Assembly: GCA_965248695.1 (NCBI GenBank)
Contig: CBDFKD010000002.1
Location: 1,024,001 to 1,088,000 of the forward strand
Direction: 5' to 3'
Length of the DNA: 64,000 nucleotides
Origin: Acidobacteriota bacterium
GTDB lineage: Bacteria > Acidobacteriota > UBA890 > WLXD01
Positions 1 to 9,045 of the stretch are shown here, one piece after another (positions within the stretch are counted from its first letter, which is position 1; each line of letters opens with the position of its first letter). The position numbers and the translations under genes are program-made. The notes under the pieces are model-generated. The model ran no database searches, was not told where the DNA came from, and saw only the letters and a list, made by a program, of their open reading frames with translations.

Positions 1-511
1 GCGCCTGCACGGAATCGATGAACGCCACCCCGTCACCGAGCAAGCGTAAGTACAGGGCTCGATCGTCAATGCTGCTGAGCGGTCGGGTCGACATCACCTG
101 CTGGAGCTGCGGCAGCGGCGAGGGATAGGGCGTCACCTCGAACCCGTACCAGTAGAACTGCGCCGCGTCGGCGATACTGCGCGCCTGCCAGCGCATCACC
201 TCGAGATCGAGAACCGCGGCATGCGACAACGCCGCCACATCGACCTCCTCGAGCCGTTGCAGCAGCGACCGGGCGAAGGCGGCCGAGCGCTCTGCGTCGG
301 CGGCCGTTGTGTAGTCGATTGACTCGATCGGTAGACCGAGCACCATGCGCATGTACATGCTGCGCTCGACCACATGATTCCAGTAACGTTCGCCTTCGCG
401 GGCGACGGTGGCGGCGGCGCTCTGCGGGGCCACTTCGCCATGGGCTCCGGCAGTGGACAACGCCATCAACAGCGTCGTGGTCAACGCCGCTCGTTTCCGT
501 AGCCTCGTCAA
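1..511 (-). CDS. Secreted protein, probable DUF885 family (5' part; runs off the window edge)
   Basis: Not in the ORF track. Manual translation from TTG at 511 gives MTRLRKRAALTTTLLMALSTAGAHG (signal peptide) ...ERYWNHVVERSMYMRMVLGLP...FARSLLQRLEEVDVAALS...FYWYGFEVTPY, open to position 2. It resembles DUF885 N-termini. Confidence 0.6.
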   Translation of the reverse strand, partial: MTRLRKRAALTTTLLMALSTAGAHGEVAPQSAAATVAREGERYWNHVVERSMYMRMVLGLPIESIDYTTAADAERSAAFARSLLQRLEEVDVAALSHAAVLDLEVMRWQARSIADAAQFYWYGFEVTPYPSPLPQLQQVMSTRPLSSIDDRALYLRLLGDGVAFIDSVQA

Positions 512-674
512 CGGAGCCCTCCGGTCGCCGGGAACAATCGGCGGCGACTGTACGCCGCGATCGCGAGCACGGCAACGGGGCGCCCCGACGAACCGCGTGC
601 AGTCGGTTCGCGAGACGCCCCGTCGAGGAGCAGCCGACGTGGACAGCCGGTTGCCGCAAGACTCCGGGTTCGAG

Positions 675-2108
675 CTACTGCGTCGAAAGCCCACTCGGCA
701 CCCGCGCCGGCACGTCGCCACTCAGATCGAGCATCGCGGGGTCGGTCAGCGCGCGCAGGAAGGCGACGACATCGGCGATGTCCTGGTCGGACATACGCAT
801 CGGGCGAGCATCGTTCTCAGCCGCAATCGCCGCCACACGTGCCGGGTCGTTCATCACCACGAAGTCCAGCGCATCGAGATCGCCACGCGACGGCAGGTAC
901 GCTTGGCTGCGGTCGTAGTCGCGGATGGTGTTGCCCGGGTTCCGGTAGTGCCGCACGATGGCCTCGAGCGATCCGTAGGCGCCATCGTGGCCCCACGGGC
1001 CGGTAAGCTCGACATTGCGCAGCGAGGGCGTGCGGAACTCGAATCGATCCTGGCGGCTGCCGGTAACCTTCTCGCGCCCGAAATCGTCGTGGCCGTCGGG
1101 ACCGTCGCCGGTGCCCGGACCGATTTGCGGCATGGCGATGGCATGGAACCGCTGGTCGGTCTGGAACTGGCCAGCGTGGCATCGACTACAGCTTCCGCGC
1201 CGGTAGAACACGTTCATGCCGCGCTGCTGGGCGGCATTGAGTGCCGCCCGGTCGCCGCGCAGGAAGCGATCGAACGGACTGCCGTCGGATCGCCAGGTGG
1301 CCGCCTCGAATTGTGCAATGGCGTTGGCGACATGCACGAAGCTGATGTGTTCGGCACGGCGCACGCTACGGAAGGCGCCCTGGAACAGACCCACGTACTC
1401 GGGAATATCGCGCAGGCGGCCGGCGAGAAGATCCCAGACGCCGTCCTCGCCAGCAAGGCGCCCGGCGGCGGCGGCGGCACCGATCTCGTTCTCGTCCGCC
1501 TGGCCGGCCATCTCGGTGCCCGAGGTGGGCGGGAACATCGCCTGCGCCGCCAGCGCACTGTCGAGGCCTAGCGGCAACGCATCCCCGGCCGGAGAAAGGA
1601 AGCCCGACGGCTGCGACGCGTCGGCGGCGACACGGCCGTCGTGGAACATGCGATCAAACTGGCGCGCCCCGAGATTGAAGAGCGGCGGGGCGTTGGGCGG
1701 CACGCGTGCCTCGACGCCGGCGCGACGGCTGCCGGTAGTGCGCGCCTTTGCCAGACCGAGCCCGCCCTCACCAAGCGGCAGCGAAAGCCCATCGCCGGTG
1801 AAGGCGAGCGGGTTGTGACAGGTGGCGCAGGAGATGTTGCGGTTGCCGCTCAGAATCTCGTCGAAGAACAGCAGCCGCCCGAGCTCGACCACGTTGGCGT
1901 CGAATTGCCCGCCGTTGCGATAGTCGGCATCCACTACCGGGCGGATGTTGGGTCCAGGGCCCGGTCGCTGCGCGATGGCCACCGCCCCGAATGTGAGCAC
2001 CAGGCAGGCCGTTAGCGCGAGAACTGCCGCCGGGATCGGTGTACGGAACGGAGCTCTGCTCCGCCGCTTGGCCGAGTACTGCCGAGTAGTACGGGTCTGT
2101 ACGGACAA
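675..2108 (-). CDS. Di-haem cytochrome c peroxidase (CcpA/MauG family), exported
   Basis: Two CxxCH motifs (SCATCH, CSRCH), LGRLLFFDEILSGN and FRTPSLRNVELTGPWGHDG, plus an N-terminal signal peptide. Confidence 0.9.
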   Translation of the reverse strand: MSVQTRTTRQYSAKRRSRAPFRTPIPAAVLALTACLVLTFGAVAIAQRPGPGPNIRPVVDADYRNGGQFDANVVELGRLLFFDEILSGNRNISCATCHNPLAFTGDGLSLPLGEGGLGLAKARTTGSRRAGVEARVPPNAPPLFNLGARQFDRMFHDGRVAADASQPSGFLSPAGDALPLGLDSALAAQAMFPPTSGTEMAGQADENEIGAAAAAGRLAGEDGVWDLLAGRLRDIPEYVGLFQGAFRSVRRAEHISFVHVANAIAQFEAATWRSDGSPFDRFLRGDRAALNAAQQRGMNVFYRRGSCSRCHAGQFQTDQRFHAIAMPQIGPGTGDGPDGHDDFGREKVTGSRQDRFEFRTPSLRNVELTGPWGHDGAYGSLEAIVRHYRNPGNTIRDYDRSQAYLPSRGDLDALDFVVMNDPARVAAIAAENDARPMRMSDQDIADVVAFLRALTDPAMLDLSGDVPARVPSGLSTQ

Positions 2109-2240
2109 GCCGTCCTCCGTTGTTGCCTGCGCTCCAAGTCGGTCGGGGGGGACTCGATCCCTTAGACAACGGATGTCGGTTGTTCATTCCACGCCGTCGG
2201 CGGCTTGCTCTGGTTGCCGGGCGAACCAAGGTACGGTGGC

Positions 2241-2735
2241 ATGATGGCCCTGAGACGCCTTGTCGAGAGCTACCTGCTCGAGGCTGGCACACGCACCGCC
2301 TGGATGTTGATGGCGACTTTTGTCGCCTGGGGCATCATCGCCGTCGCGATCGTGCTGTACGCGTCGCTCTCCGCCGTGCGCATCGTGTGGGCCACGACGC
2401 GCGCCGCCATTGGTGGCGGTGCCGTCAACATCACACTCGCCATCGTCATTTGGCTCTTCGTCGGCCTGACGCTCGTGCTCGCAGCCGCAGCCCGAGATGT
2501 CTGGCTTCGCCGGCGCGACCAGCGCTGGGCGGCCGAGACTGCTCTCGACAACCTGGAGTCGCTCCTCTACCCGGATAGCAACAGCACCGCCCACCTGGAA
2601 CGGGTGCGCGATCGACTGGCGGTGCGCGCCCTGGAGTCCATGGAACAGCGAGTACCCGGACGGGCAATATCCAAGGATGTAGGCATCGAGGCGCGCCCGG
2701 TCGCGCTCGACGTCCCAGAGCGCGAAGGAGGCTAG
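2241..2735 (+). CDS. Hypothetical membrane protein
   Basis: Two hydrophobic helices. Its stop overlaps the convergent vapC stop. Confidence 0.55.
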   Translation: MMALRRLVESYLLEAGTRTAWMLMATFVAWGIIAVAIVLYASLSAVRIVWATTRAAIGGGAVNITLAIVIWLFVGLTLVLAAAARDVWLRRRDQRWAAETALDNLESLLYPDSNSTAHLERVRDRLAVRALESMEQRVPGRAISKDVGIEARPVALDVPEREGG

Positions 2736-3115
2736 CGGATCACCCGGATGTCGATCGCCAGATCCAGTTCCGCCCAGCGACGATCTGCGGTCAGGACGGT
2801 ACGCTCCAGCTCCTGACCAACGGCCAAGCAGGCCCGATCACCCAGCGCCAGGCCGACGTGCCGTGTTTCGCGGCGCAGCGCCCCGACCCGATGGGCCAGC
2901 GCCTCGTCGAAGTCAACGATCCGGATCCCCAGGCCGGCGAGAGCCGCTCGCGCCGCCGCATCCGCCACGCCATGGTCGACCAGCTTGCTCACGACCTCCG
3001 CGAGATTGACCGCCGACAGCAGGGCGCCGGGAATAGCCTTCGCCACCTCGGCGGCGCCAGGCTCGCCGTTGAGCAGAGCAAGTACAGCGGAAGCATCCAG
3101 AACCGGCGGGCTCAT
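2732..3115 (-). CDS. vapC: Type II toxin-antitoxin toxin, PIN domain
   Basis: VLDASAVLA, SAVNLAEV, LALGDRACLA and VLTADRRW PIN motifs. ATGA overlap with the upstream antitoxin. Confidence 0.92.
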   Translation of the reverse strand: MSPPVLDASAVLALLNGEPGAAEVAKAIPGALLSAVNLAEVVSKLVDHGVADAAARAALAGLGIRIVDFDEALAHRVGALRRETRHVGLALGDRACLAVGQELERTVLTADRRWAELDLAIDIRVIR

Positions 3116-3405
3116 CGCCGGTGCACGTCGCTCGATGGGTTCGCGACGCGACGCGACGCATCGTCGCGATCCTCGTGTCGGCGCTCCCGAAGCAACTCAT
3201 CGACCAGACTCGTCTGGCGGTCGACGTGACGACGTACGAGTTCCTGGGCGTAGGCAACCGCCTGCTCCGGCGTTCTGAGCCAGATTCCCCCGTCGTGGAC
3301 GCTCAAGACCACCTCCTGGCCCACCTCGATTCCCAGTTCCTTGCGCTGCCTTGATGGGATGACCACGCGGCCGCCCTTTCCCACCCGTGTAACCGCATCG
3401 CTCAT
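3112..3405 (-). CDS. vapB: AbrB/MazE/SpoVT-family antitoxin
   Basis: RVGKGGRVVIPSRQRKELGIEVGQEV AbrB fold and SLVDELLRERR tail, directly upstream of the PIN gene. Confidence 0.88.
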   Translation of the reverse strand: MSDAVTRVGKGGRVVIPSRQRKELGIEVGQEVVLSVHDGGIWLRTPEQAVAYAQELVRRHVDRQTSLVDELLRERRHEDRDDASRRVANPSSDVHRR

Positions 3406-3423
3406 CGGTCCACGATATCACGA

Positions 3424-3453
3424 TCGTGTCATGAATTATAAGTCCTGACACGA
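3424..3453 (-). promoter_or_regulatory. vapBC promoter -10 box inside a palindromic operator
   Basis: TCGTGTCA (3424-3431) / TGACACGA (3446-3453) inverted repeat encloses a minus-strand TATAAT (3435-3440), 30 bp upstream of the antitoxin ATG. Confidence 0.7.
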
Positions 3454-3525
3454 GACTAGAAATGTGGGATCAATGACAATTGCCGCCGGCTTCGCCGCGA
3501 CGCGCGCCAGGAAGCCTCCCTCACC

Positions 3526-5103
3526 TCAGTTCACCCTGCGCTCCTGGCCTTCCCAGAACTGCTCGCGCAGACGGAACTTCTGCAGCTTGCCGGTGGCGGT
3601 GCGCGGCAGCGCGTCGATGAACTTCACGCCGGTCGGACACTTGAAGTGGGCCAGGTGCTGGCGGGAGAAGTCGATCAAGGTCTGCTCGTCGGCAGTCTCG
3701 TCGTCGCGTAGCACCACCAGCGCCATTGGCGTCTCGCCCCATTTCTCGTGCGGTACACCGATAACGGCGCACTCCAGCACCGCGGGATGCTGATAGAGCG
3801 CGTCTTCCACCTCGGCGGAGCTGACGTTCTCGCCGCCGGAGATGATGACGTCCTTCTTGCGATCGACGATGTTGACGTTGCCGACCTCGTCCCACACGGC
3901 CAGGTCACCGGTGTGGAAGTAGCCGCCGCGGATGGCCTTCTCGGTCTCCTCGGGCTGCTCCCAGTAGCCCTCGAACACGACATTGGAGCGCGCGCAGATC
4001 TCACCGACGGTCTCGTTGTCCGGCGGCACCCGGTTGCCGTCGTCATCGAGCAGCACAATGTCGACTCCGAGACCCGGAACCCCGACGCGCGAGCGGCGGT
4101 CGTAGTCGTCCGGCGCGGTGCCGTGACTGACGAGGTTGCCGGTCAGGTAGGGCGACGTCTCGGTGAGCCCGTAGATCTGGATGAAGTCCCAGCCGAGCTC
4201 TTTCTCGAGGCGCTCGATGAAGGCCGCCGGGGGTGGAGCGCCGGCAACCACGAAACGTGGCGTCGTGCGGATCTCGTGCCTGTCGGCGTCGGGATACTCC
4301 AGGATCGCGTTGAGCACCGCCGGGGCCATGCAGGCAAAGGTCACACCCTCTTCGGAGATGAGGGTAAAGATGCGCTCGGCATCCACAGCCCGCAGCACCA
4401 CGTGGGTGCCGCCCATACCGGTGAGGGCGTAGACCGCGCCCCAGCCGTTGCAATGGAACATCGGCAGCGTCCACAGCTCGACGTCGTCATGGCGAATACC
4501 GAGGTGAGCGATCATCAGGTGCGCGTTCACGTAGAGGCTCCGATGCGTCAGCATCACGCCCTTCGGACGTGCGGTGGTACCAGACGTGTAGTTGATCGAC
4601 GCCAGATCGTTCTCGTCGAGCTCCGGCCGAGGAGGAGAATCGTCGCCAACGTCGGCGATCAGCGTCTCCCAGTCAGTCCATCCGTCGGGCGCTTCGCCGT
4701 CGTCCTGAGCCACGACCCAGTGTTCGACGCTCGGCAGCTCTGACCGAATGCCGTCTACGAGCTCGGTATATTCGTGGTCCACCAGCCCGACCTTCACGCC
4801 GGCATGATTGAGGATGTACTGATGCTCGGCGGCCTGGAGGCGGAAGTTCAGCGGCACCAGAACGGCGCCGATCTGACTGGTTCCGTAGAAACTCTCCAGA
4901 AAGAAGTGTGAGTTGGGGCTGAGCATACAAACGCGGCCGCCCTTGCCGACGCCGAGCTTCAGAAGCGCATTGGACAGGCGGTTGGCGCGCAATTGGAGGT
5001 CACGGTAGGAGAAGCGCCCCTCCCCGTCGACGATCGCGGTCTTATCGGGATACAACAACGCCGGTCGGGACAGGAAATCGTTGACCAGCAGCGGTACGTG
5101 CAT
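3526..5103 (-). CDS. Long-chain fatty-acid/acyl-CoA ligase (AMP-binding)
   Basis: YTSGTTARPKG, YGLTET, FHTGD, DRKKDVIISGGEN and PRTATGK motifs. Confidence 0.93.
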   Translation of the reverse strand: MHVPLLVNDFLSRPALLYPDKTAIVDGEGRFSYRDLQLRANRLSNALLKLGVGKGGRVCMLSPNSHFFLESFYGTSQIGAVLVPLNFRLQAAEHQYILNHAGVKVGLVDHEYTELVDGIRSELPSVEHWVVAQDDGEAPDGWTDWETLIADVGDDSPPRPELDENDLASINYTSGTTARPKGVMLTHRSLYVNAHLMIAHLGIRHDDVELWTLPMFHCNGWGAVYALTGMGGTHVVLRAVDAERIFTLISEEGVTFACMAPAVLNAILEYPDADRHEIRTTPRFVVAGAPPPAAFIERLEKELGWDFIQIYGLTETSPYLTGNLVSHGTAPDDYDRRSRVGVPGLGVDIVLLDDDGNRVPPDNETVGEICARSNVVFEGYWEQPEETEKAIRGGYFHTGDLAVWDEVGNVNIVDRKKDVIISGGENVSSAEVEDALYQHPAVLECAVIGVPHEKWGETPMALVVLRDDETADEQTLIDFSRQHLAHFKCPTGVKFIDALPRTATGKLQKFRLREQFWEGQERRVN

Positions 5104-5133
5104 CGGGATCTCCGTCTATCGGCGCGTACGGCC

Positions 5134-6171
5134 CTATCGCCCGCGCGTCAGGGTGCCACAGCCCGACGGCACCACTTCGTTGTCCGGATCGGTCTGCGGC
5201 GCCAGCTTCAGTACTTCGAAGCGATCGAGGGGGATGTTGTTGAGGTACACGTAGCGACGATCCGGCAACGACCCGGCATAGGCGTCGTGGTCGTAGCTCA
5301 TCGGGTGCACCGCCTGCAGCTCCACGCCGCCGCCGTTGTCGGCCAGGATCATGCCGTACTTCTGCGCCGCCTCAGCAATGATGCGCTCGTAGCGGGTGAG
5401 GCCGAGCGAATCGAGATCGAGGTCGGGGTCGAGCCGCAGCCGCGCCCCCTCCGGGATGGCGTCGGACCGGCGTGAGTGCCCGTCGCTCTCGGTGGCCGGT
5501 TCCACCGGGCCGCCTCGCTTCGGGTAGTTGTAACTGAACTCCAGGGCGTGCTCGATGACCCCGGCTATGAGCTCGTCGGGGAAGATCATCCCCGCCGGCA
5601 CGGCAAAGCCGGAGCCGCGCGCCGAAAGACCCTTGGGGAAGATGCCGTTGCCGTCGGTGCGCAGGCTGTTGCCCCACGAGGCTTGCCATCTAGCGCCCTT
5701 CTTCTTGGCGCGCCAGAAGTCGAACTCACACCCGGAGTCCTTGTCGATCACCACCATATGACCGTCGCCGGCCGGGTCGGGAGCTGCGCCATCAGGGATC
5801 GGCACGCCCTCGAACCATTTCGCCGGTGCCCACTTGGCGGTCATCTTGACGCGATATCGGGGGGTGGTGCTATCGGCGTAGTAGACCGGCGTCGTCCAGC
5901 GCTTGAGAGCAAACAAGAAACCCTGCTTGCGGCCGGCGCGCACCAGGCTGCCGATCATGTGTGCCGATTTCGGATCGACCTCGGCCCCGTCGGGGATCAT
6001 CTGGTTGAACGGGCTGTCCTCTGAATACAGTCGCTCAACCCGCACGGGTCTGCCGGCACCGAGGACCGCCGTCCCGACTGCCGCCACACCGGCTAGTCCG
6101 GCGGCCAGCGGCAAGACCCGTCGACGTATCGGGATGCGGAGCAATCGCGCCCGGGGCGCGCCGGTGCTCAT
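5134..6171 (-). CDS. Hypothetical exported protein
   Basis: 345-aa ORF with an Arg-rich plus hydrophobic N-terminus and globular composition, co-oriented with its neighbours. Confidence 0.7.
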   Translation of the reverse strand: MSTGAPRARLLRIPIRRRVLPLAAGLAGVAAVGTAVLGAGRPVRVERLYSEDSPFNQMIPDGAEVDPKSAHMIGSLVRAGRKQGFLFALKRWTTPVYYADSTTPRYRVKMTAKWAPAKWFEGVPIPDGAAPDPAGDGHMVVIDKDSGCEFDFWRAKKKGARWQASWGNSLRTDGNGIFPKGLSARGSGFAVPAGMIFPDELIAGVIEHALEFSYNYPKRGGPVEPATESDGHSRRSDAIPEGARLRLDPDLDLDSLGLTRYERIIAEAAQKYGMILADNGGGVELQAVHPMSYDHDAYAGSLPDRRYVYLNNIPLDRFEVLKLAPQTDPDNEVVPSGCGTLTRGR

Positions 6172-6214
6172 GGAGACGTGGGCTCGAGCAAATGCCCGTC
6201 AGGCCGTCGGTTCA

Positions 6215-7531
6215 CTAGCGTGTCCACACCTGCGCGCTGGAGGTATCAGGCATGCCCCAGTCGGAACCGTTCCAGCCGTCGAAGCCATCCATACGAAAGG
6301 CCCAGAACCCCGTCGTCATGTCGCTGATGACGATGAGCCCATCCTCATTGCGTACATCTACGCCCCAGGCACCGTTGAACATCGTACCGGTGCCGACGCC
6401 GGGGTTCGGGGGTCCCAGATAGGTGTCGTAGTAAGCAACGGTCACCGGATTCGCCGGGTCCATCATGCTGAACACCTGTAGCCCATCGAGATAACCGGAA
6501 ACAAACACGTACGGGTAGCGCACCTCGTGGTTGTGCACCAGATGCCGCCAGTCGGCGGTCCAGGCGCCGATCGGCGTGCGGATGTTCTGCACCTCGCCGT
6601 CGAGCGCCGGTTGCAGATCGAAAATGCGCAGCGGCGCGTACTGATACTCGGTCTCGGCGATCACGTAGCGGCCGTCCGGCGTGGGCGTGAACGTGTGGCC
6701 GTACTGCACACCTGAGATGCCGGTCAGCGACACCAGCAACTGCGGCGCCTCGAGGTTGGTGACGTCGTAGATGTAGTAGCCGTCGGTGCCGCCGCCGTAG
6801 AAACGATCGGTCTGCGTGTCGTCGTGCCAGCCGACGTAGAAGTCGTGGTAGCCGCGGAAGCCGCGCTCCCCGTCCGAGCCCGTGCCGACGGGGACATTCG
6901 CCACCCGGGCGTCGTCCATGGCTCCGTTGAGCACGTGCACCAAGTCGTAGACGCCGGCGCCCGGCCCGCGCAGAGTGGTGAACAGCAGCGGGCGACCGTT
7001 GCTGTGCGCGTAGATGAAGATGTTGTGGAAACCGCCAACGAGCTCGGGCTCGTAGATGCGCGCCACCTCGACGATCTTCTCGGGCAGGTCGGTGACATCG
7101 AAGATGATCGCGCCGAGATCCGGGTTCGGGCCGCCCTGGGCGAATTGAACCGAGAGGACGACGTAGTAACGGTCCTCCCAGACGAAGTACTTTACGTCCT
7201 TACCCCCGGCGCCAGCGTGTAGATCCTGATCCTCGATGCGCCATTCGTGTATGCGCTTCGGCTTGGACGGATCGGTCAGATCGATTACGTCGAGTCCTTT
7301 CTCGCCGAACTCGCCGAAGATCTCGCGGGCAACGTACGCGTACGGACGCGACATCTCCTGCTCGATCTCGATATCGGCGATGCTCAGCTCCGGACCGAGC
7401 GGCAGATGGGCCACCACCTCGATGTTGTCGCTTCCGGGCTTGTCGGGCGTCCACTGCTGGGCACCGGCCCCGGCCGAGGCCAGGGCGACGAGGAAGGTGA
7501 CGCTAAGAACGGTTACCACTCGACGAGACAT
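6215..7531 (-). CDS. Secreted LVIVD-repeat (choice-of-anchor B-like) beta-propeller protein
   Basis: Signal peptide and repeated GLDVIDLTDP / YIYDVTN / LRIFDL / GLQVFSMMDP units, plus HNHEV and GAWGV. Confidence 0.75.
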   Translation of the reverse strand: MSRRVVTVLSVTFLVALASAGAGAQQWTPDKPGSDNIEVVAHLPLGPELSIADIEIEQEMSRPYAYVAREIFGEFGEKGLDVIDLTDPSKPKRIHEWRIEDQDLHAGAGGKDVKYFVWEDRYYVVLSVQFAQGGPNPDLGAIIFDVTDLPEKIVEVARIYEPELVGGFHNIFIYAHSNGRPLLFTTLRGPGAGVYDLVHVLNGAMDDARVANVPVGTGSDGERGFRGYHDFYVGWHDDTQTDRFYGGGTDGYYIYDVTNLEAPQLLVSLTGISGVQYGHTFTPTPDGRYVIAETEYQYAPLRIFDLQPALDGEVQNIRTPIGAWTADWRHLVHNHEVRYPYVFVSGYLDGLQVFSMMDPANPVTVAYYDTYLGPPNPGVGTGTMFNGAWGVDVRNEDGLIVISDMTTGFWAFRMDGFDGWNGSDWGMPDTSSAQVWTR

Positions 7532-7676
7532 GCTGAACCTCCGCTATGGATAGATGCCGCAGAGACGATACTCTTTCGACGCCGCACAGTTCCAACGCCG
7601 CCCTGCCGTTCCGAGATCGCCACCCGATGACCACTGGCCACCCAGTTCCGAACATCTATCTCCCGGAGGTCTGACG

Positions 7677-9014
7677 ATGAGGCTCTTCGCGCGCCACGCC
7701 ACGCCGCTCCGACTCGTTCTCGCTGTCGCTGTCGTCGCTGCCACCCTGCTGCCGGGGCACGGCGCTGCATCGGCAACGGCGGCCACGTCACAGGATGACG
7801 GCCACCTGGCGGATGCCCGCGAGATCCTCGCCCGAGTGCCGCTGATCGACGGCCACAACGACCTCGCCCACACGATCGTTCTCAATCACGACGCCGATCC
7901 GTCGCGCGTCGATCTGCGGAATCGTCAACCCATGTTGGCGGCCGACATGCCGCGGCTGCGGGAGGGCATGGTCGGGGGGCAGTTCTGGGCCGCGTTCGCC
8001 GAGTCGGCCACGATGTGGACCGACACCGAGCTGCAAACCGCGCTCACGGCGATCGATGTGGTCAGGCAGTTCGTCGATGCCTACGACGACCTGGAGTTTG
8101 CCGATAGCGCCGATGACATCGAGCGTATCTTCGCCGCCGGGCGTATCGGATCGATGATCGGCGTCGAGGGCGGCCACATGATCAACAACCAGCTGGCCGC
8201 GCTGCGTCTGTTCTACGAGCTCGGAGCGCGTTACATGACGTTGACGCACTTTCGCAGCACCGACTGGGCCGACTCGGCCACCGACATGCCGCTCCACGGC
8301 GGCCTGACCGAGTTCGGCGAACAGGTCGTGCGCGAGATGAACCGCCTCGGCATGTTCGTCGACCTGTCGCACGTCAGCGACGACACCATGCGCGACGCGC
8401 TACGGGTAAGCGCGGCACCGGTGCTGTACTCGCACTCCAGCGCGCGCGGTGTGAACCCCCACCGCCGCAACGTTCCCGACGACGTGCTGCGGCTGGTGGC
8501 CGACAACGGCGGTGTCGTGATGGTGAACTTCATCGCCGGCTACGTGGCGCCAACTCGAGCCGAGTGGGATCGTTCCTACGGCGCCGATCCGATGCGCGAG
8601 ACGCTGATCAGCATGCTCGCCGGCGTCGAGCCGCTATGGGCGATTCGTAATCATGAGCTGCTAGAGCGCCTGCGCGCCGAATTCGACGATGAGACCGAGA
8701 TTGCTCGCCGCCAGGAGCTCTGGGCGGAGGCCAACCCGGCGCCGCGCGGCACGCTCTCGGACGTGGCCGACCACATCGATCACATCATCAACGTGGCCGG
8801 TATCGACCACGTCGGCATCGGCTCGGATTTCTACGACAGCGGCACGCCGTCGATGGTCGAGGGGCTCGAGGACGTCACTCGTTATCCATACCTGGTTGCA
8901 GAGCTGCTGCGTCGCGGCCACAGCGATGAAGACGTCGGCAAGGTCATCGGTCTCAACGTGCTGCGGGCGATGCGCCAGGTCGAGAGCGTCGCCGAGGAGC
9001 TGCGACAGGATTGA
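7677..9014 (+). CDS. Membrane dipeptidase (peptidase M19)
   Basis: LIDGHNDL, GVEGGH, YMTLTH, DLSHVS, SHSSA and HVGIGSDF motifs. GGAGG RBS before ATG 7677. Confidence 0.92.
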   Translation: MRLFARHATPLRLVLAVAVVAATLLPGHGAASATAATSQDDGHLADAREILARVPLIDGHNDLAHTIVLNHDADPSRVDLRNRQPMLAADMPRLREGMVGGQFWAAFAESATMWTDTELQTALTAIDVVRQFVDAYDDLEFADSADDIERIFAAGRIGSMIGVEGGHMINNQLAALRLFYELGARYMTLTHFRSTDWADSATDMPLHGGLTEFGEQVVREMNRLGMFVDLSHVSDDTMRDALRVSAAPVLYSHSSARGVNPHRRNVPDDVLRLVADNGGVVMVNFIAGYVAPTRAEWDRSYGADPMRETLISMLAGVEPLWAIRNHELLERLRAEFDDETEIARRQELWAEANPAPRGTLSDVADHIDHIINVAGIDHVGIGSDFYDSGTPSMVEGLEDVTRYPYLVAELLRRGHSDEDVGKVIGLNVLRAMRQVESVAEELRQD

Positions 9015-9045
9015 TCGCTGCCGGGAGGTCGGCGCCGCGTCCCGC

